In this document: positions 57,380 to 64,000 of the stretch, piece after piece
Numbering within the stretch: position 1 is the first letter of the stretch
How the letters are laid out: each line of letters starts with the position of its first letter
NCBI GenBank assembly: GCA_019057795.1
Contig: JAHLWS010000077.1
Span: 64,001 to 128,000, forward strand
Length of the DNA: 64,000 bases
Reading direction: 5' to 3'
Source: Promethearchaeota archaeon
GTDB taxonomy: Archaea > Asgardarchaeota > Lokiarchaeia > Sigyniarchaeales > SOKP01
The notes under the pieces: model-generated
Told to the model about the DNA's origin: nothing
What the model saw: the letters and a program-made list of their open reading frames with translations, nothing else
The model's database searches: none
Position numbers and translations under genes: made by a program

Positions 57380-58123
57380 TTATTTTAAATAATCAAATAA
57401 TGTCTTAAATTGTGAGAAGTTAAAAGGTTTAAGAAAATATCCATTTGCTCCTTTTTGTTTAAAATTTTTACTTACTTCTAATTCTGGAATTGCGGTTATA
57501 AAATAGACCGGAATCTCTTTAAATCTTTGATCTTTTTTGATCTTTTCACATATTTCATATCCACTTGTATCAGGTAATATTATATCAAGTAGGATTAATT
57601 TAGGTTTTACTATATTTAACTCTTCTAATGCTTTATTTCCTGTTAAGACTCCAAAAGTGGTAAATCCTTTAGATTCAAAAAAATCGTTAAGAAGTGTAGT
57701 AGTTGGTAAATCATCTTCTACGATTAAAACATCATATTGAGGATATTTTCCTTCTAAATTAAAAAAGTATTTATCTATTTTACTTTCCAGAAAATTACTT
57801 TGCTTATAAATTTCTTTGAGTCTATATTGAAATTTAGAATCTAATTTATCTGCATAATTTTCAAGGATTAATTGGGAAAATCCTTTTATCGAAGTGAGTG
57901 GTTCTTTTAAATCATGCGATAACTTCGTTAAATCCTCTAAAAATGAATATTTGGTTTTTATTTCAATAAGAGAATCAACTGCTTTTCTGATTAATTTGGA
58001 AACAGTAGAAAAATTATTATTTTCAGCATAGTTTTCCCATTTAGTTTTTGTCGCTTCAGATACCAGAATTCCAATCCGTTTAATTTTCTCGCTATTTTTA
58101 TTTTCTTTCGGAATTAAAAACAC
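57380..58123 (-). CDS. RHH-HisKA-receiver protein (no ATPase domain), paralogue 2
   Basis: RIGILVSEATKTKW...VSKLIRKAV; SHDLKEPLTSIKGFSQL; VLIVEDD, LLDIILPD and FLKPF. Confidence 0.85.
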   Translation of the reverse strand: MFLIPKENKNSEKIKRIGILVSEATKTKWENYAENNNFSTVSKLIRKAVDSLIEIKTKYSFLEDLTKLSHDLKEPLTSIKGFSQLILENYADKLDSKFQYRLKEIYKQSNFLESKIDKYFFNLEGKYPQYDVLIVEDDLPTTTLLNDFFESKGFTTFGVLTGNKALEELNIVKPKLILLDIILPDTSGYEICEKIKKDQRFKEIPVYFITAIPELEVSKNFKQKGANGYFLKPFNFSQFKTLFDYLK

Positions 58124-58475
58124 TTTTTAAAGTTTAATTAAAATCTTTTCATTCTTAATCAATAATTAATCTTCGATAGGTAAAAATAATGTTCATTTTT
58201 TCTTTTAGAATTCTGAATCATTAATAGAAAAAGAAAGTAAATTCAAAAAATATTTACTCGAAGATTCTTTTTCTTCTATTTCTTAGTTAACTATAGACGC
58301 AAACTTTTATAAAAACCTTATGATTTTTCATTCATTAATCAAATATTACTTTATTCTTACCCCCGATATTTCTTTTTAGACTTTTTTTAAATTATTATGA
58401 AGGTATATTAATTTATATAATTTATTTCGATAAAACTGTTGTTTTATTTTTAAATAAACTACTTATTTAAACTTT

Positions 58476-58802
58476 TTAAGAGGCAAATTTCATAATAGAA
58501 CTGCCAATCTCATAATTAGGTAAAATAATATCGACAATTCCCTCTTTAATGGCATTTTTTGGCATACCATAAACGGCACACGTTTCTTTAGATTCCACTA
58601 TTGTTTTTCCTCCAAACTTTTGGATAACACCAAGTCCTATAACGCCATCTACCCCCATTCCTGTTAGTAAAATCCCTAATACTCGACGTTTATACACTTT
58701 AGCAGCAGATATAAATAATACATCTATAGAAGGCATACAAAAATTCACGGGGGGCCCAATAAATGTTTTTATACATGGCTTTTCCGCTTTAACTATAATC
58801 TC
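58476..58802 (-). pseudogene. cheB: 5'-truncated chemotaxis methylesterase CheB
   Basis: EIIVKAEKPCIKTFIGPPVNFCMPSIDVLF..GILLTGMGVDG..VYGMP. The catalytic Ser/His region and the receiver domain are absent. Confidence 0.85.
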
Positions 58803-59249
58803 CTTCGAGGACGATCCATAACGGGCATGGTAGCGGCTTGTTTATATTATGTATGTAGAAAAATGAATTATCCTATATTTCTAATAGATATAATTAATGA
58901 ATCTTCATCGGAAAAAGAATTGATAAAAAAATGTTATACCATACTGATTAAAAAGTTTAATTTAAATGGATTTAATATTGATCCTGTCAAATTTATTCCA
59001 AGATATATAGCTGAATTAGGATTAAGCATCGAAATTGAACAGTTAACAATTAAGATTCTTAAATGTTATTTAGACGGTTTTAAGGTTAACGGAAAACACC
59101 CAAGAGGACTTTGTGCTGGAGCAATATATTTAGCTGCAAAACTTAAATATGTTAAGATCACCCAAAAAATTATTGCTGAAAGGTTTGGTATAGCTGAAAT
59201 CACTTTACGAGCACGGTATAAAGAAATACTTAAAATATTAAAATACTAA
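58797..59249 (+). pseudogene. tfb: 5'-truncated transcription initiation factor IIB
   Basis: In-frame NLLRGRSITGMVAACLY...GKHPRGLCAGAIY...TQKIIAERFGIAEITLRARYKE. It lacks the zinc ribbon, B-reader and most of cyclin repeat 1. Confidence 0.8.
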
Positions 59250-59259
59250 TAATTAAAAT

Positions 59260-59496
59260 ATGAAAACTGAGATGAAAATGGAAAGTAAAACAATTATATA
59301 TATCCCTCATGTGTGCCCCTATTGTGATTCTAAGAAAGTAACTCATAAAAACGGATTTATTGAGGGTAGCCATTTAAAAATCCCATTATTTTGCCTTAAA
59401 TGTGGAAAACGTTCAATAGAAAAATATTATATCGAATATTGTGAAACTGTGGGAGGAGATTTCTTTAGAAAATCCATGTTCCAAATATCAGAATAG
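59260..59496 (+). CDS. small zinc-ribbon protein
   Basis: CPYC...CLKCG, 78 aa. Confidence 0.6.
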   Translation: MKTEMKMESKTIIYIPHVCPYCDSKKVTHKNGFIEGSHLKIPLFCLKCGKRSIEKYYIEYCETVGGDFFRKSMFQISE

Positions 59497-59528
59497 AAGA
59501 TGAATTAATAAATGAATGAACAAATAAA

Positions 59529-59599
59529 TGCGCCTGCCGGGAATTGAACCCGGGACGCTGACTTGGGAAGCCAGCATATTACCACTATACTACAAGCGC
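59529..59599 (-). tRNA. tRNA-Gly(CCC)
   Basis: GCGCTTG/CAGGCGC acceptor, CTGGC-TTCCCAA-GTCAG anticodon arm, CCGGG-TTCAATT-CCCGG T arm; no intron and no encoded CCA. Confidence 0.95.
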
Positions 59600-59686
59600 A
59601 AAAATATAGAAAATTAATAATAATAAATGAGATTTTATAAATAAATTTTTTTACAAGTTGTGGTTTATTATTAATTAAATTTCAAA

Positions 59687-60373
59687 ATGGGTAGCACCAT
59701 GAATATTGAGAATTTAAAATTTCAAAAAAATATTACGATTAACAGCAACGATTCACTACTTATAATTGATATGCAGCACGATTTTATGCCGGGGGGAGCT
59801 TTACCTGTCGAAGAAGGCGATCAGATTATAGATAACATTAATTTAGTCGCTAAAATTTTTAAGAATAACAATGGGATAGTTGTATTAACACAAGATTGGC
59901 ATCCAAAAAATCATAAGTCATTTGCAAGCAGCTATGCTGGGAAAAGTCCCGGAAATAAGTTTCAATCCGAAGGAATTGGTCCAATTCTTTGGCCAGATCA
60001 TTGCGTTCAAGGCACACAAGGTGCAAAATTTCACGAAAAATTAAAATCGGATTTAGCTAATGCTATTATTCGTAAGGGCTATAATATCGATGTAGATAGT
60101 TATTCTGGATTTATTGAAAACGATAAAAAATCAGAAACAGGTTTGGCGGGACTTTTGAAATCATTGAATATTAAAAGGATCTTTATTTGTGGATTAGCGT
60201 TAGACTATTGTTGCTATTTTACTGCGATTGATGGCATCGATTTTGGTTTTGAGGTTTACTTTTTAGTAAATTTAACTAAAGGCATAGATTTGCCCCCGGG
60301 AAACATCTCTAACTCTTTAGAGAATATGAGAAATAAAGGAATTAAATTCGTAGTTAAGGATAGTTTTATATAA
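59687..60373 (+). CDS. pncA: nicotinamidase/pyrazinamidase
   Basis: IIDMQHDF, TQDWHP.NH.SF, WPDHCVQGT.GA, KG...DSYSGF and GLALDYC motifs. Confidence 0.93.
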   Translation: MGSTMNIENLKFQKNITINSNDSLLIIDMQHDFMPGGALPVEEGDQIIDNINLVAKIFKNNNGIVVLTQDWHPKNHKSFASSYAGKSPGNKFQSEGIGPILWPDHCVQGTQGAKFHEKLKSDLANAIIRKGYNIDVDSYSGFIENDKKSETGLAGLLKSLNIKRIFICGLALDYCCYFTAIDGIDFGFEVYFLVNLTKGIDLPPGNISNSLENMRNKGIKFVVKDSFI

Positions 60374-60383
60374 GGGTAAAATC

Positions 60384-60881
60384 ATGAAGCCTTTTACGAA
60401 TGACAAACCTAAGAGTTTTCCATACAGCAAAGTTTTAGTAGCTTGTAGTGTAAATACCGCTAGAAGTCCAATGACAGAAGGATTTTTAAAAGATTTCTTT
60501 GCTCGTAATAATATGAAAGTAGAAGTGTATTCTGGTGGAATTTCTTCGAACGCTAGAGATGGAATGCTTATTTCTCTTGACGCGAAATTTGTAATGAAAG
60601 AATTTTTTATAGACCTACCAGAAGATGCACTCTCGATTGATTTAAAAAAACGACCTAAATTAATACAACGGCCAGATTTAATCCTCACGCTAACTGATAA
60701 ACATAAAAAAGAACTTATTGACTATACTAACTCAGATAATAAAGAGATTTACACTCTAAGAGAATTTGCGGGAGAAAATGGGGACATCGAAGACCCTTCA
60801 ATGAAAGGACTTGAAGGTTTTCGCAAAGCTCGGGACGAGATAAAAAGATGTTTGGATAAAGGTTTAAGAAAATATTTGTGA
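60384..60881 (+). CDS. low-molecular-weight protein phosphatase/ArsC family
   Basis: P-loop CSVNTARS (CX5R) and DIEDP acid loop. Confidence 0.85.
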   Translation: MKPFTNDKPKSFPYSKVLVACSVNTARSPMTEGFLKDFFARNNMKVEVYSGGISSNARDGMLISLDAKFVMKEFFIDLPEDALSIDLKKRPKLIQRPDLILTLTDKHKKELIDYTNSDNKEIYTLREFAGENGDIEDPSMKGLEGFRKARDEIKRCLDKGLRKYL

Positions 60882-60887
60882 AATTTT

Positions 60888-61781
60888 CTAACTGGTTTTG
60901 ATAAAATTAATTAAGTAATCACTCAATATAGTTTCAATATTTTTTATTCCTCTAAATCCTGGAAAATCGTTAAGATCTATGAAATAATACTTATTGCTAT
61001 TGACGGGCTGAATCAGGTCGAACCCAAATATTTTTAAATTCATTTCTATTGAAAGGATTTGGGCTAGATTATGAATTTCTTTAGTTATTTTAAATTCTTT
61101 TCTTTTGATTGTGTCAACATCGATATTATCATGCTTCTTTTTCAAATATATATAAATCGGATTTTCTCTTATAATCCCAAACGTTTTGTCTCCTATTACA
61201 TAAATCTTTCTTTCAAAGCCATCACACTCAATAAATTTTTGAATGTAAATGTCGTAGTATAATAAATGTTTATATCTTTCGCAAAAAATATTTATTTCTT
61301 CTATCTTTCGAACTAGAAAATTGAATCTATTGTATTTATCGTGTTGATAATGACTTTTAAGTACAATAGGTAATTTCGGAGTTGCCCATTTCTTAAATTT
61401 TTGAACATCTGTAATATTATTATTCCAGGAATTTGGTAGAGCGAATTTCTTCCTGATTTGAGGGTTGTTTTTAAAGACTCTTCTTAGAGCATAATCAAGA
61501 GCGATCTTGTTTTTGCATGTTAAAACAGCATCAACATTATGGAATGTCGGAATTTTATTTATTTTAGCAAAATGAAGTAGATCAATAGAACAATCGTTTC
61601 TTATTTTAGCAATTATTAAATCTGCTTCTTTAATCGCTTTAGGCATTCTGGAAAGGTTGAAAAATTTCTTTGTAGGATCGTGAAAGTATAAATTGACATC
61701 TGGAATAGTTTTGAGCTTGTTTATAACGCTTTTTATGATTTCGTGATCTTCTCTTGCTGAAAAAACGACCTTTTTGACCAT
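60888..61781 (-). CDS. ATP-grasp protein, ITPK1 (inositol phosphate kinase)-like or RimK-like
   Basis: CKNK, PIVLK, IQKFI, KIYVIGD, FGFDLI and IDLNDFPGFRG motifs. Confidence 0.75.
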   Translation of the reverse strand: MVKKVVFSAREDHEIIKSVINKLKTIPDVNLYFHDPTKKFFNLSRMPKAIKEADLIIAKIRNDCSIDLLHFAKINKIPTFHNVDAVLTCKNKIALDYALRRVFKNNPQIRKKFALPNSWNNNITDVQKFKKWATPKLPIVLKSHYQHDKYNRFNFLVRKIEEINIFCERYKHLLYYDIYIQKFIECDGFERKIYVIGDKTFGIIRENPIYIYLKKKHDNIDVDTIKRKEFKITKEIHNLAQILSIEMNLKIFGFDLIQPVNSNKYYFIDLNDFPGFRGIKNIETILSDYLINFIKTS

Positions 61782-61904
61782 AATTAATTCTTAAAAAAGC
61801 GGCACATGTTCTTAAATCTTCCTTAATCCTTATTTTTTTTAAAGTTTAAATTAATTAAAATTTAATTAATTATTATTAATTACATCTTTAAATTTAACCA
61901 GAAT

Positions 61905-63194
61905 GTGGAGATTCTATTGAAAGAAAAAAAATTTAGCAAATTTTTAAGGAGACAAGTATTACTGATTGGATTACTTTATTGCGGTGATTATATTTTCTTC
62001 TTTTTTGAGCAAAACTACTTTAACACTTATATTGATCACGTTCTTAATCTTCCAGAAATCTATATATCACTAATGGTTTCTTTATCTGCTACTATGGGAT
62101 TGATTATGAATTTTGTATGGGGCGTTTTTAGTGATAATACGCGATCTAAATTCGGAAGGAGGCGTCCATATTTACTTTTAGGAATGATAGCGGGAACTGC
62201 TATGATTTTCTATGGATTATCACCTAGTTTTTATATTTGCCTATTCATAGATGTCGTCATTATAGGAATCTTTTCGAACGCGTATTTAGTTGCCGAAAGG
62301 TCTCTTATCCCAGACACAGTTGAGATTGAGAATAGAGGTCGAGCAAATGGCATAATTAATGCTGTTAGCTATATAGGATTATTAGTTGGCGTCGCTTTTT
62401 TGTTGGTTGGTAATGAACTATTTGGAGTCCAGGACCCTATCGATGGTGGAACGATCATTACTCAAGAAGGACATTTTATCTTACTTTCTGTAGGGGGTAT
62501 AATCTTTGGATTAGTCGGATTAATTGGTTTCATTTTTATTAAAGAAAAACCAATATCTGAGCTTCCTGAAAAGAAACCGTTTTTGAAAGAATTAAAAAAT
62601 TCCTTTAATTTGAGAGAGTTTAAAGCTCAAAAAGAATTCTATAAAATTACGCTGGCATTTATGGTTTTTCAGTCGGGAATCTCATCAGTGATGCCATTTC
62701 TGTTTGTCTTTATCTTTGGTTTAGGCTTATCGACTTTAGAATTGTTTACGGTAATTGCTGTAGCTTTTCCTATATTATTTGTTGTGACCCTATACCTTGG
62801 TAAAGTGGCTGATAAATTTGGTCGAAAAAAGTTTGTTCCGTTATCCATTATATTGACTAGTATAGGATATCTAATCGTTCCATTCACAGTGAGCGGTAAT
62901 AATGTAAATTTCGTTCTATTCATAGTGCTATTTCCATTTATCATGGTAGGATTGCTAGCCTTGGTAACTCCTCTAAATGCTTGGGCGCAAGATTTATTAC
63001 CTGAAGATAGGCGAGGGACATTTAATGGTATATTCAATATAGTTTTTACCGTATCACAAGTAATCGGATCAATTGCGGGTGGAATAGTAGCAACCTTATT
63101 CGGAATCCAATGGATTTTTTTATTAGGTCCTGTCTTTTTTATTGCTTCAATACCACTTTTCCTAAAAGTAAAAGAAACTGTAATCAGAGAATAA
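61905..63194 (+). CDS. MFS transporter (sugar/glycoside type)
   Basis: GVFSDNTRSKFGRRRP and GKVADKFGRK motifs; 12 TMs. Confidence 0.9.
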   Translation: MEILLKEKKFSKFLRRQVLLIGLLYCGDYIFFFFEQNYFNTYIDHVLNLPEIYISLMVSLSATMGLIMNFVWGVFSDNTRSKFGRRRPYLLLGMIAGTAMIFYGLSPSFYICLFIDVVIIGIFSNAYLVAERSLIPDTVEIENRGRANGIINAVSYIGLLVGVAFLLVGNELFGVQDPIDGGTIITQEGHFILLSVGGIIFGLVGLIGFIFIKEKPISELPEKKPFLKELKNSFNLREFKAQKEFYKITLAFMVFQSGISSVMPFLFVFIFGLGLSTLELFTVIAVAFPILFVVTLYLGKVADKFGRKKFVPLSIILTSIGYLIVPFTVSGNNVNFVLFIVLFPFIMVGLLALVTPLNAWAQDLLPEDRRGTFNGIFNIVFTVSQVIGSIAGGIVATLFGIQWIFLLGPVFFIASIPLFLKVKETVIRE

Positions 63195-63225
63195 TATAAG
63201 AACTAAATAGAACTTCTCTTTTTTT

Positions 63226-64000
63226 TTATTTTTTTTGCGGTTCTACAATTATTTTTATCCACTTCTTACGATCATAGTATTTAAATGCATTAACAGTGTC
63301 TTCTAGTGTTATTCTTTTAGTAACTAATTTATCTAAATCTAAGGATTTAGTAGCAATTAAATCTAAAGCTTCCTTCCAATAATCCTTATCTGCTTTTGAA
63401 TTTACCATCGCTTCAGGATAGACTAATTCTACACCTTTTTTTCTACAGCTTACATATGGAATATATTGCATTTTTTGAGCTCCAAATACAATAACTCGAA
63501 AGCCAGGTTTCACTAAGTCTATAGCATCAAGAAGAGTATCATTATTTCCAACCATTTCAAATACAGTGTGGGCTTCACCAAAATCCTTTTTAATCCCATC
63601 AACAACAGTTTCCTTTCCATGAGTTGATCTCGAATATTCACTTGGACTAAAGACTTTTGCACCCCAATGCTTCGCTAAGTCTTTTTTATGGTGATAAGGT
63701 TCTGAAGTTGCGACTTCAATTCCATTTTTTAATAATATTTGAGTAAGAATTAACCCAATAGGACCCAACCCTAATACAATCGCTTTTTTCTCACCTTCGA
63801 TTCTTTCGAATTCTGCCCTTTCGTAACAGTTAATTGCACAACCAACTGCATCAGCAAATGAAATTTCATCCATTGAAAGATCATTTCTAACGATTGGTAA
63901 TGCTTCAACAAGTTCATCTTTACCATGTCCGATAACATTTACATAAGTAGAGTATTCTGCATACCCTTGACCCATTCGCGCTAAATGATCGCCTTCTGAA
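63226..64000 (-). CDS. MDR zinc-binding dehydrogenase family, partial (5' end beyond the window)
   Basis: GYAEY, VLGLGPIG Rossmann motif, VFEMVG and C-terminal KIIVEP. Confidence 0.8.
   Translation of the reverse strand, partial: SEGDHLARMGQGYAEYSTYVNVIGHGKDELVEALPIVRNDLSMDEISFADAVGCAINCYERAEFERIEGEKKAIVLGLGPIGLILTQILLKNGIEVATSEPYHHKKDLAKHWGAKVFSPSEYSRSTHGKETVVDGIKKDFGEAHTVFEMVGNNDTLLDAIDLVKPGFRVIVFGAQKMQYIPYVSCRKKGVELVYPEAMVNSKADKDYWKEALDLIATKSLDLDKLVTKRITLEDTVNAFKYYDRKKWIKIIVEPQKK

Overview
AT-rich archaeal chromosomal window, very probably from an Asgard archaeon of Lokiarchaeia/Promethearchaeota type. This is inferred from aCPSF1, a stand-alone EF-2 lacking the diphthamide His, a tRNA with a BHB intron, TFB, and eukaryote-like PCI/appendage, Par14-like and ITPK1-like proteins. 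Over half of the window (3.5-38.3 kb) is one accessory locus. Its core is an ~11,200-11,300 aa protein with a 5-TM anchor, a sequon-rich acidic stalk (split LamG, lectin-like repeats, Ig-like and FG-GAP/DxDxDG modules), several hydrophobic helices and a basic C-terminal ~970 aa region ending in an HNH-like motif. Two tandem-duplicated, locally diversified small zinc-finger genes follow it directly. The 5' end of the giant gene appears split by an A10 tract. The best interpretation is a giant surface-tethered polymorphic toxin with an immunity array, possibly phase-variable; this is inference and has not been confirmed by any search. The right part (38.4-64 kb) is mostly housekeeping. It also holds two tRNAs, two structured intergenic elements and a decayed signalling patch (two RHH-HisKA-REC paralogues, a kinase remnant, and a cheB/tfb deletion scar).
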